Assembly: GCF_001194135.2 (NCBI RefSeq)
Contig: NC_068993.1
Coordinates: forward strand, 56,275,906 to 56,339,905
Source: Octopus bimaculoides
Taxonomy: Eukaryota
DNA length: 64,000 nt
Direction: 5' to 3'
In this document: in pieces, positions 26,174 to 38,278 of the stretch
How the letters are laid out: each line of letters starts with the position of its first letter
How positions within the stretch are numbered: position 1 is the stretch's first letter
The notes under the pieces: model-generated
Databases searched by the model: none
Told to the model about the DNA's origin: nothing
What the model saw: the letters and a program-made list of their open reading frames with translations, nothing else
Position numbers and translations under genes: made by a program

Positions 26174-27270
26174 TATAGGTTGCCCCTGGGAGCTCCTCTA
26201 TGCTGATGACCTTGCACTAATTGCGCAGTCACTATCAGAACTAGAGAAGTTTAAGGTGTGGAAGCAAGGACTAGAATCGAAGGGCCTTAGAGTCAACCTA
26301 GCAAAAACCAAAATCCTAATAAGTAGGAAGGTAGATAAAACACAAGCCCCTTCAGGTAGATGGCCCTGCTCAGTATGCAGTAAAGGAGTAGGTAGTAACT
26401 CTATAAGATGTACCCGGTGTAAGCTATGGACACATAAGAGGTGCAGCAATATCAAAGGCAGATTAACTACAAAGTTAGTCTTTGNNNNNNNNNNNNNNNN
26501 NNNNNNNNNNNNNNNNNNNNNNNNNNNNNNNNNNNNNNNNNNNNNNNNNNNNNNNNNNNNNNNNNNNNNNNNNNNNNNNNNNNNNNNNNNNNNNNNNNNN
26601 NNNNNNNNNNNNNNNNNNNNNNNNNNNNNNNNNNNNNNNNNNNNNNNNNNNNNNNNNNNNNNNNNNNNNNNNNNNNNNNNNNNNNNNNNNNNNNNNNNNN
26701 NNNNNNNNNNNNNNNNNNNNNNNNNNNNNNNNNNNNNNNNNNNNNNNNNNNNNNNNNNNNNNNNNNNNNNNNNNNNNNNNNNNNNNNNNNNNNNNNNNNN
26801 NNNNNNNNNNNNNNNNNNNNNNNNNNNNNNNNNNNNNNNNNNNNNNNNNNNNNNNNNNNNNNNNNNNNNNNNNNNNNNNNNNNNNNNNNNNNNNNNNNNN
26901 NNNNNNNNNNNNNNNNNNNNNNNNNNNNNNNNNNNNNNNNNNNNNNNNNNNNNNNNNNNNNNNNNNNNNNNNNNNNNNNNNNNNNNNNNNNNNNNNNNNN
27001 NNNNNNNNNNNNNNNNNNNAGTGCCCCTGGACTGGCTCTTGTGCGGGTGGCACATAAAAGACACCATTTCGAGCGTGGCCGTTTTTGTGCGGGTGACACG
27101 TAAAAGCACCCACTACACTCTCTGAGTGGTTGGCGTTAGGAAGGGCATCCAGCTGTAGAAACTCTGCCAAATTAGATTGGAGCCTGGTGTAGCCATCTGG
27201 TTGCACCAGTCCTCAGTCAAATCGTCCAACCCATGCTAGCATGGAAAGCGGACATTAAACGATGATGATG
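26174..27270 (+). mobile_element. 5'-truncated RTEX-like LINE fragment (RT C-terminus, Cys-rich motif, 3' end), interrupted by a gap
   Basis: WELLYADDLALIA...GLRVNLAKTKIL...WPCSVCSKGVGSNSIRCTRCKLWTHKRCS. After the gap the 3' end reads ...ggcgttaggaagggcatccagctgtagaaac...ttaaacgatgatgatg. Confidence 0.85.
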
Positions 27271-27303
<33 letters not shown>

Positions 27304-27589
27304 TATATGTATGTATATGTCTACATGTATAACCACATACGTATTTACTGAAGAGAGAGTGTGTGTGTGAGGGAAAGTTGCAAACCAAACTGGAAGTTAT
27401 GTTACAAACTGATTTGACCAAAATTATTATAGCAATATGTTTTAGCCAACTGTTATACATGCTTTATTCTTTACACGAGTCTCTTACAGTATAGTGTCCT
27501 TTAGAACTACCCTCACTTCACATCTTGGCAACTCTTTGTACCTAACCATTTCTCTTTTGTAGAGTGTATTAGCAGCAAACGACAAAATT

Positions 27590-30500
27590 ATGATGAACTC
27601 CAAACCTAATCAAGTGTTTTCCTGCCATATTAAATATTTACCAGTTTCTGTAACCAAGGTATTTATTTGAACACATTTGTTTTCTATTATCTTTTTCTTT
27701 TACTTATTTCAGTCATTAGACTGTGGCCATACTGGGGCACCGCCTTGAGTTCTTAGTCGAATGTATCTGTAACAAGATTGGAAAGATGACACCAAATAGG
27801 CTAGGATAATGTGTATGTAAGAAGGTTTCAGATTTCAGTGTATGTGGATATAAGAAATATCAGAAGGAAATGTTTTCTTAATAAACATCACAATTCATTC
27901 CTTGATGGTAAATCACACACGTAGTAGTAAGCACATCAAATCAACAGGGTGTATCGAGACACGAGTTAATTTCTTGATAATCATTAAGGGAGTTAGATTC
28001 AGTATTTAGTTGCAAATCTAAAATATCCAATGTGCAGGAGTGGCTGGGTGGTAAGAAGCTTGCTTCCCAATCCCGTGGTTCCTGGTTCAGTCCCACTGCA
28101 TGGCACCTTGAGCAAGTGTCTTCTACTATAGCCTCAGGCCGACCAAAGTCTTGTGAGTGGATTTGGTAGACAGAAACTGAAAGAAGCCTGTCATATATCA
28201 TCATCATCATCATTTAATGTCCGCTTTCCATGCTAGCATGGGTTGGACGATTTGATTGAGGACTGGTGAACCAGATGGCTACACCAGGCTCCAATCTGAT
28301 TTGGCAGAGTTTCTACAGCTGGATGCCCTTCCTAACACCAACCACTCCGAGAGTGTAGTGGGTGCTTTTTACGTGCCACTGGCATGAGGGCCAGTCCGGC
28401 GGTACTGGCAATGGCCACAATCAAGTTGTGTTTTTTATGTGCCACACATACATACACGACAGGCTTCTTTTAGTCTTCATCAACCAAATCCATTCACAAG
28501 GCTTTGGTCGACCCGAGGCTATAGTAGAAGACACTTGTCCAAGGTGCCATGCAGTGGGACTGAACCTGGAACCACGGGATTGGGAAGCAAGCTTATTACC
28601 ACATAGCATACAAACTGATGTAGTACATAATGTAAACATTCAAACATTGCTGTGATCTTCCCAAATCCTGCTGCGTTTCGCATGCAGTTTTTGGTCTTCC
28701 AAATTTGTCTTGGTGTATAAGTTGAACTATCTTATTTGACTGTAAATCCTGGAAGATGTGGTAGTCAGTGGGGGCAAGATCAGGTGAGTACGGTGGATTA
28801 AATCATTTTCAAATCCTTTCTGATAATTTTCAAAGGGAATAAATTAATACTGTTCAAAATATTGTTTTATCTCAGAAATTTTAGCAACAGTTAATTCATT
28901 CGTTATTTGATTCATGGAGTTTTTCCTTGTCAAAAGCATCGAACAGGGGTAGAGGACACATTGATATGTCAGCCATTACACATGCTATGTGGCTGAGCGA
29001 AAATGCTAGTCAGCAAGCCCTTGAGTCATGGGAACAGGGTCATTTCTTTTGATTGTCTCACATGAGGTGCCCAGCAACAGTGAGAACAGCCAGTAGAATG
29101 GGTTTTTTTTACTTTTTTGCAATGGTTCTGATATTCCATTTAGTGGAATTTTGGTGAATGATCACCAAACCAAAAGTTCTTTCATTACAAAACCTAAGAT
29201 TAGTAGCCTGAAAAATTGTTATCCTCCTCATCATTGTCATCACCATTGTTGTCATCATCATGATGTTTGTCTTCCCTGCTGACATCGGTCAGATGGTTTA
29301 ACAGGAGTTGGCCAGGCCGGAGACTGCACCAAGCTCCACTCTTTTGGCATAGTTTTTACAGTTGGATGCTCTTCCTACTATTAAGAATAGTTTGTCATGG
29401 ACGTTTGGATAGATTAGATATTGTGTTTTATTGTAAAAACTGTTGTTATCTTTATTTCAGAGTCAAGTTGCAGATATCTTCTCGGCCTACGATGATATTT
29501 TTGAAATCTATATCAGTGAAAGAGTGGTGGAACAGAATTACACATTTGGGTGAGAGAAACGTTCTTTACTTAAAGGATGGGGAACTTTATGTATTTATTG
29601 AGGTTTGTTAGCAAATGTTGGACAAATGGTACAAATTGATCCATATTGATATAGAGCATAGATTGGTTGAGAGGGTATATATATGTAGGGTTGCAGTGGT
29701 TACTAATCGTTGCTGTTGAAACATGTTTGTAGTATAGGGTTAGTTGATTATGTATTATATAAATCTTGATTAACAAGGTTGATCAATGGCAAGTCCCAAG
29801 ATATATATGTAATGAGAATGTGGAAGTAAACAGTGTAGTTTATTATAGTTTTACAGTGTCTGTGCTACTACCCTGTCCCCAAGATGACAAGGATATCAAC
29901 ACCAGACTCTTCTAATTGTTTTATTTGACAGTTTTGTCAGATTTAAGAGCCAAGCATCAGCCAACCATGCAGTGAAGTTTGTAACGGGAAAAACGCTGAA
30001 TGGACAAAAATTGCTTGTCTCTCATGCGAAACCATCAGGTAAATATTCAAACACCTTTACGCATCTATCCCCTTTCTTCTCTTTCCTTTTTCATCCTCTT
30101 AGCAAGACAACTATCTCTCTCCCTCTTTTATACTTTTTAACCTTCTCATAAACTGACACAAAGCCACCTCCCTCAATACTACTCTCCTCACCTGTCAATT
30201 GAGGGGTCTTTGTATTGCTAGTTAATATGGTGACCCCCTACTGGTGCTGGCACCACAAAAAAAAAAAGCACCTACCACACTCTGTAAAATGGTTGGTGTT
30301 TGGAAGGGTGTCCAGCTGTAGAAACCATTCCAGAGCAGACAACAAATTTTGGTACACTTCCTTGGCATACCAGCTTCTGTGAAACTGTCCAACCCATGCC
30401 AGCATAGAAGGCAGATGTTAAATGATGACAATGATGATGAATCTTTTATTGTTTTATTTGGTCTGCTGTCATAATGTAGCATTGCTTTCAAAAGCTTTTA

Positions 30501-33274
30501 AAAAATTATATGCACTCCACTATGCTGATGAGTCTGGTGCAGCCCTCCAGCCTTGCCAGCCCTGGTCAAACCGTCCAACCCATGCCAGCATGGAAAACGG
30601 ATGCTCAGTGATGATGATGATGTTACACTAGCTCTGCTGTTCCACTGTTATCAGTTATAACAAACTTTTGGCTTCCTTGTTTTGGCAGTAGCGGTGAACC
30701 CTGAGTCTTCCAGATTAATGGTCAGCACCGTTAGGAAACAACTTCAAGAAGAGTTTGGTAAGATTTTCTTGTTTTACTACTTTTGTTTAAGTTTTAATTT
30801 AAAAGAAGATATTTTCTAAAGTTTTTACAAATCAGTATTTACATAAAACCAAAGAAGAAAAAAAAGAAAAAGTTGATGGATTTTTAAAGATTAAGTTGGA
30901 TGCATGTGTAAAGCTGTTGATGATGATGATGATGATTGCAGTGACAGTGAAGAATTCATTCATGCATTTACTCTTTTACTTGTTTCAGTCTTTTGACTGT
31001 GGCCATGCTGGAGCACTGCCTTTAGTCGAGCAAATCGATGCCAGGACTTATTCTTTGGAAGCCTAGTACTTATTCTATTGGTCCCTTTTGCCGAACCGCT
31101 AAGTTATGGGAACGTAAACACATCAGCGTCGGTTGTCAAGCGATGCTGGGGGGGGGGGACAAACACATACACATATATACGACGGGCTTCTTTCAGTTTC
31201 CGCCTACCAAATCCATACACAATGCTTTGGTCGGCCTGAGGCTATAGTAGAAGACACTTGTCCAAGGTGCCACGCAGTGGGACTGAATCCGGAACCATGT
31301 GGTTGGTAAGCAAGCTACTAACCACACAGCCATTCCTGCACATTTGTTTGTTTGTTTCTTTAATGTCTGTTTATTTGTGGGTTGGACAGGTACTTGCTTC
31401 ATGCAGCATTCTATGGCCAGCTGCTCCTCTTGTGGCTATTCGCCAGCTGTTTATCAAGCACACATAACCAACGGAAGAGCATTGTGGGAAATGGACACTA
31501 TATGAATGAACAAACGCATGCACCACTAACTCTGTGTGCACGTGTGTGTGTAAATATGTATATCCAATCATAAAATCCTGCTTCAAAATCAATTCCTGTT
31601 CAAGCTTTGCTACGATGAACAAATGGATATTGAAGAAACAAATGAATGTGCGCACACACACACACACACAAATACAGATATTTATATATGTACATTGTTC
31701 ATTATTTACATTTGACAAATATATGTCATCATCTTGTTTGTTAACACGTTTCGGATGATATACCCTCCAGCCTTCATCAGATGTCTTGGGGAAATTTTGA
31801 ACCTGGGTTCTCGTTCCTAAGGTATTTTTCGATGTTGTTATTATTATTATTATTATTCAGGTCACTGCCATATGCTCACGGGCATATGGTGTAGTGGTTA
31901 AAAGCGCAGGCTACTAACCCCAAGATTCCGAGTTCGATTCCAGGCAGTGACCTGAATAATAACAACAACAACATCATCATCATCGAAAAATACCTTAGGA
32001 ATGAGAATCCAGGTTAAAAACTTCCCCAAGACACCTGATGAAGGTGAAACATGTTAACAATATGTTTCAGCCGAAACATTGTGTTAACAACAAACAAGAT
32101 AAGGACAAATATCCATCAAATGTAAATAATGTAAATAATTCCTCATCTCATAAATATAGAAACTGTATTATATATGTATATGTTGTTTACAGCTTCTACA
32201 GATGGAGAAATTGATGAACTTCTGGAGGAGGCTACTTCTAAAAGATGGATGAAATCGCATCACTCGTCCTCAGAATGTGCTTTTTCTTTGGAACTGACCG
32301 ATATTCTTACAGACACAATGGACTACAAGTAAGAACCAAACAGCTCTAATTGATGTTGTTGAGTCCCAGGTCAGCTCTGATCCACCAGGCCAATAAAGAC
32401 ATTCCAGCTTTGACCATTCCTTTTATTGAAGCACATTATCTACAACTACATTATGCAACATGTCTTTTTTTTTTTTACTACTTTTTGCTTAAGTTGGGTT
32501 GGATTTGAGGGATATTTGGCTGCTATTTCTAGCAGGTCTAGCGACCATGTAGCGGTACTCTCATTGGGTGGAATGCTTGTGGTCACCAGATCTAGTGCTA
32601 ATATGGAATTGTGCAATAGAGCAGTGAGCTGGCAGAATGGTTAGCATGCTGGGCAGTGCTCAGTGGTCTTTATGTTTTGAGTTCAGATTCCGCTGGGGTT
32701 TACATTGCTTTTCATCTTCTTGCGGGGTCAATTAAATAAATATCAGCTGATCACTGGGGCTGGTGTAACTGACCTACCCCGCTCCTACAAACATGCCGGC
32801 CTTGTTCCAAAGTGTGCAAATGGCAGACACACACACGTGTAAAAAGCTAAATGTTTTTGCAGCTCTTAGTTCTTTTACATTCTGAGTTCAAATCTTCCTC
32901 ATGAATGCTTTTTTTCCTTTTTCCCATTCATTCTTTGAGATTGATAAAGTCCAATACCTTGGATGTTACAGTTAAAAACTGACTATTAATGTTATTTATG
33001 ATGTATAAATCATTTAAATATCATTGTACATGTCGTTATAATGCAGTAAAATAGTAACTTCATAAGCAATTCACTAAGGTTCTAAGTAAAGTCAAACTCA
33101 GTAACCAAGGTCATAAGTAAAGTAATAAGTAAAGAGTTATTTTCTTTTGATGTCTAATTTTTGTTTCTATTTTCTTCCAACAGATACTGGAATGAATTTT
33201 TCTCAAAACAGAAGGAAATCTCGCGGAAATTGAAGATGATTCAAATGCAAACATCAGCTAATGGTTCAAGATGA
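27590..33274 (+). CDS. Uncharacterised single-RRM protein, 186 aa; exons 27590..27658, 29461..29549, 29932..30038, 30689..30757, 32193..32328, 33184..33274
   Basis: Six GT/AG exons in consistent phase. RNP2-like CHIKYLP, RNP1 YTFGFVRF, then ANHAVKFVTGKTLNGQKLLVSHAKP. Confidence 0.8.
31689..32150. mobile_element. tRNA-headed SINE with a Penelope-like tail and an inverted copy of that tail upstream (palindrome)
   Basis: tRNA-like head 31880..31952 with A box (tggtgtagtgg) and B box (gttcgattcc). The ~170-bp arms are reverse complements and each carries CTGATGA...GAAA. Confidence 0.75.
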
Positions 33275-33989
33275 AGGAAAGAAATGACAATGGAACTGTG
33301 GAAAATAACAGATTGGCCTATTGTCTTTGAGAGGGCAGAGAGACTGAGATTGTCCTATTGTCTCAGAGACTGATTGGTTTTCTTTGTGAGGACAAAGAGT
33401 ATAATAGATTCATTAACCTAAAAAGAGAGAATGACAAAGTGATTCTTTGTTCCAAAGAAGGAAGAGAGAATATCAGCAGATTGAACCATTGTTCATATGT
33501 GGAGACAGAGCATAAATCTGATCTGTTGTACTTCAGAGAGAATATGATAGACACAGCAGTTCTTCCAAGAAGAGAGAACATATTATAGAGTGACCTTTTA
33601 CTCCTGAGAATGGAGAGACTATAATGGATTGAGTCATTGTCCCCAAAACAGAGACACAGAAAACAAGCTCACCAAGTGTAGCATGATCTGCAGTAGTAAG
33701 TATTATGTCCTACAGAAGTAGATTGAGATGGGAGAAAGCTGAAGCTAGACGTGGCTGTGAGGTTCTTCATTGCAAATAGGCATATAATGGTGAGGATTAG
33801 TGACTGTTTAATGTGGTGGAAATTGCACAGGAGAAACTGTTATATTGTGACGATACCCAGAAGGTTGTCGAAAACTTGAGTCCAGTCTATTTTCATCACA
33901 AAAGTGACCAGTTTTGTGTTAAATAGTAATAAATATATTGTTCATTCCAAACCTGTGTTATATTTTCATTAAGCTAAGACAGCATGGAG

Positions 33990-34510
33990 TCAGTTCTAAT
34001 CCATTTGTTGTTGATCATAATGGAGTTAATCATGTGATGTTTACTAACCACACATGCTAGCATGAATTGGAGACACCTTTCCATTTACTGAGCTCCTTTG
34101 TCACCTCTTCATGCAGTCGAGCCTCTTGAGGTCAACTTACATCATTTTTATTTCCATCTTCCTCTGGGATTGCTTGACACATTTTTTTATCCAGTTATCA
34201 TCATTCACACACTTCACATGTCCATAGCAGCTCAGTCGTCTCTCTTGCCCGTTACACAGATAGTTCTACCAATACTCAGGTTGTGCTTGTTCACATATCT
34301 TGTGGAACATGCCTAATTTTTTTTCCACCCTTTACTTACGTGCCACATTCAAAACGTTGTGTTTCATAACCATGGAATATCATAATTTGTACAGAGGTGT
34401 CATACAATCTACCTTTCATTTGCAAACAGAATCTCTTCCTTACCAGCATCAGTAAAAGTTTCCTGGAATTTTTCCACTCCATTCTTACTCTGGCAGCTAT
34501 ATTTTCTGAG
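33990..34510 (-). mobile_element. Degenerate RTE/RTEX-type LINE ORF2 remnant
   Basis: RVRMEWKNSRKLLLML...KGRLYDTSVQIMIFHGYETQ resembles the RVRxGWxKFRELLP...KGRLYxACVRSVMLYGSETW region. Confidence 0.65.
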
Positions 34511-35018
34511 CAGCGAGCTGGCAGAATCATTAGCACGCCGGGTGAAATATTTAGTGGTATTTCGTCTGTCTTTATGTTCCAAGTTCAAATTCTGTTGCGA
34601 TCCACTTTGCCTTTCATCTTTTCGGGGTCGATTAAATAAGTACCAGTTATACACTGGGGTTAATGTAATCGACTTAATTCTTTTGTTCTTGTTTGTCCCC
34701 TCTATGTGATTAAGTGGTTTATCAAAATAATCTCCCCCAAAATAGACAACTATAAAGTACAAAACAATTAATTATCCATCACATTTTAATGTTGTCAGGT
34801 GTTTTATTAACATAACAATATTAGTACAGCTCTCTTACTGTCATCTCTTGTTTGACTCCATCCCCACCAGCTGCTCCTCCTCCTCGGTGCCTCGGACAAA
34901 ATACTAATTAATAGGGCACAAGATGTTTTGGAGAGTTTGTTTTTTTCTTCTATTTTGTTTGAAAAATGAAATTGTCTTTAAATAATAGTTGTCTTCATTA
35001 TTATCTTCCTCCACTTCT

Positions 35019-38000
35019 TCATACAGCATCTTTCTTGTTCATAGGTTCACTATCGTCATCATGCGAGTTGCTGCTGAGAACCTCTCTAATGCGGCTAACC
35101 AGACCATCGTCGTCGTACATTGATCGGGACCCTACAGAAAAAAAGAAAAGAAAAACAAAATAAAAAAAAACTGTATGCACAGCATAATTAATACCCCCCA
35201 CCGGCTTATGTAACACCACCATTCTCCCACTAATACTGAAGTTACCCTCAATTAACTTAGCCCGAACTACAACACTTTGGTATCGACCACCTGATACAAG
35301 TGCTAAACAAGAGAGAGAGAACTAGTAAACTTCCATATGGGCCACCAATACCAGCAGAAATCTGACATATAAGTCGGCGAGCTGGCAGAAACGTTAGAAA
35401 AGTCTATTACATCGACCCCACTGCATAACTGGTACTTGTTTAATCATCCCCCGAAAGGATGAAAGGCAAAGTCGACCTTGGCGGAATTTGAACTCGAAAA
35501 CATTTTGCCCAGCATGCTAACGATTGCGCCAGCTCGCTGCCTTAATAAAAAAATATAATTAGATTAAAAACGGATATTTAGTGTGATTTTAGATTCACTG
35601 TCTTAATGAAAGACAGGATTGTCATGGATGGAATGGTCAGGGTTCAACAGGGATTAAACAAGAGAAATAATGAATGAAACACTGGAGTATGAAGTCCTAG
35701 GTACACTATGTTGCATAAGAGACTGGATGATTATTCATGGTTAATGAAGAACATGATGATGTGGTGTTCATGCTTTTTCCAAGGACATTAGTTATGTCTG
35801 TAAATGAAGGGAAGCAGCTGTGACTGGGAGATGAAATTGGAAATAGTAAAGCTTGTGCGATGAAGAACTGCACTTTGTTAAAAACTAAGTTTTCCAAAAG
35901 TTGATACTCTATATTTACACCCATCTCACTATACATACCCACCCTATCACCATGGATAGGGCCATCTACAAGCACACATACCCACAAATTAATTTCAACC
36001 TGACCTACAACCCTGTTTATTTTTCCTATGTCACACCTGTCTCTATATGAAATACTGGAAAATTTTAGGTGCTATTGAAGAGGTGTGACAGGGGCCAAGG
36101 GCTAACACAAAGCAATGACTGAAAGGCCCCTTTACCGACAAGTGATAATGCTAACAAGCAACAAGAGAGAAAGGGAGAGAGAGAGACAGATGAAGTTTGA
36201 AGGTGAAAGTTGAAAACGAACCCGGGTACTGGAGGTCAGGCTAGGTAACATCTAGTTAACCAAATATTTTACGTTTCAATTTGCCTAGAAAACCATTATC
36301 ATGATCATGATCGTCATTAGATGAGGGACTAGATTTAGGGGCTGATCCCTTTCCTGATATATTTTCTGTGTTTTCCTTCTTATCTGAAAAGAGAGGAAGT
36401 GCACAGAATTATTTATGTTATTGGTATTAATGTGAACAAGTTCGTGTTTAGTAACGGGAGGAGGACTATATATAAAAAAATTTTTTTAAATTTAAAAAAA
36501 AAACTGCAAAGTGCTAATCATGCAAGGGAAAGTGGGGGTAGTATTGAACACCTGATTGATTTATTGAGACAATGAGTGTGATGATCATAACATCTACTTT
36601 TCCATGCTTGCATGGGTAGAGTTTTCTACATCTGGATGCCTTTCCTGATGCAAACCCTCACCTGTTTCAAAGCAAGGTAGTAACCTTCCAGTCTAATGAA
36701 TAACAAGCAACATGAAAAGGGTTGCAATTAAGAACATGTTGCACAGCCTTTTGTTCAGAAAGGTTGTACAACATGTCAAGAAGCTTGGACATATTTGCGG
36801 TGGACTGCAAGCAAACAATACGGTCGATAAGAACAGTGAGGTTTCTGTTTACAGTTGGAGAACGTGTGAAGACGAGGGGAAATATGAAGGCATTCACTCT
36901 TTCTCTCATGGTGCTGGGGTCATGTAAAAAGCACCCAGTACATTCTAAAGTGGTTGGCATTAGGAAGGGCATCCAGCTGCAGAAGCCATACCAAATCAGA
37001 CAATGGAATCTGGTGTGGTTCCTGACCTTGCTTGCTCCTGTTAAACTGTCCAACCCATGCCAACACGGAAAATGGATGTTAAATGATGATGATGGGGATC
37101 ACACATACAAAGAGCATCTTCAGTTTCCATCTACCAATTTTATAAGTTTTTTTTTTTTTTCCATGTCACTTCCACATGATTACAGCTGTTTCATGACCTT
37201 CTTCATGTAATATTATTAATTTCAGTATCCAAAATTATAATACATATTTACATCAATAACGTTGCTATTATGCAAAACTGTGTGTGCGCATATAACCTCT
37301 CACCTGGAAAACAGCACATTCTGAAAAATGTTGCTTTTTCAGAAAACAAAAAAATAGTTTCACCATTCCATTTCTTTTTACATTAGCAACAGTTTCAGCT
37401 TAACAATAATACTTTGTTGGGTGCATTTTGCCATTTTGGTGGCAAACTGCAATCTAGAGTATTCAGTGACATCAGTTTGTTGTATTGGGCATACCACATA
37501 GTAGGGTGGAGGGTTGACATGGGTCAGTAACTTGATCTTCGTTTGGTGAAGTATTAACATCAACAGTTTTTATGTGAGAATAAGTAAGAGCATGTGGCCT
37601 AGTGGCTAGTGCACTGCACTTATGATCGCCAGATCATGGGTTCGATTTCTGCACTGAGCAGCAGGTTGTGTTCTTAAGCGAAACACTTCATTTCCTGTTA
37701 CTCCAGTCCAGTTAGCTGTAAATGGATAATCCTGTGACGGAATAGCCTTCCAATTTGGGGAGGAATGTTGGCCTGCTCACCCAGCCAGTGAGATGGCATC
37801 ATTCGAAAACGAAAATGATTTGAAGCGCATTGTGACCAGTGATGTATAACTTTGCTGGTCACTAAGTTACATTCGATAGTGTGGCTGATACTGCAATATA
37901 ATAGTGTGAAATGTATAATATATGCATGTGTATGCACACGCACACACACAGAGATAAGCAAACCAAATCTTGACTAAAGCAATCCCAGTTTTAAGTCAGT

Positions 38001-38208
38001 CAAACATTAACACGACTAAATCATTGCTATACTCCAAGATAGGAAGGTCTGAATCTGGCAATGAACCCCCTCTCTCTCATTATCCCCTCAACAGACAAAT
38101 GAATTCATTGACAACCATAATGAAAGTCTAAAAATCCAAAGAGTTATCCATCTAAATGGTATATCAATCACAAAAGCGTCCGTATAAATGTTATATAGAC
38201 CAAAGATT

Positions 38209-38278
<70 letters not shown>

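Noticed and set aside
28760-28788. Possible poison cassette exon in the RRM gene (cag|gtgagt donor)
   Set aside because: No convincing polypyrimidine acceptor; unsupported without transcripts.
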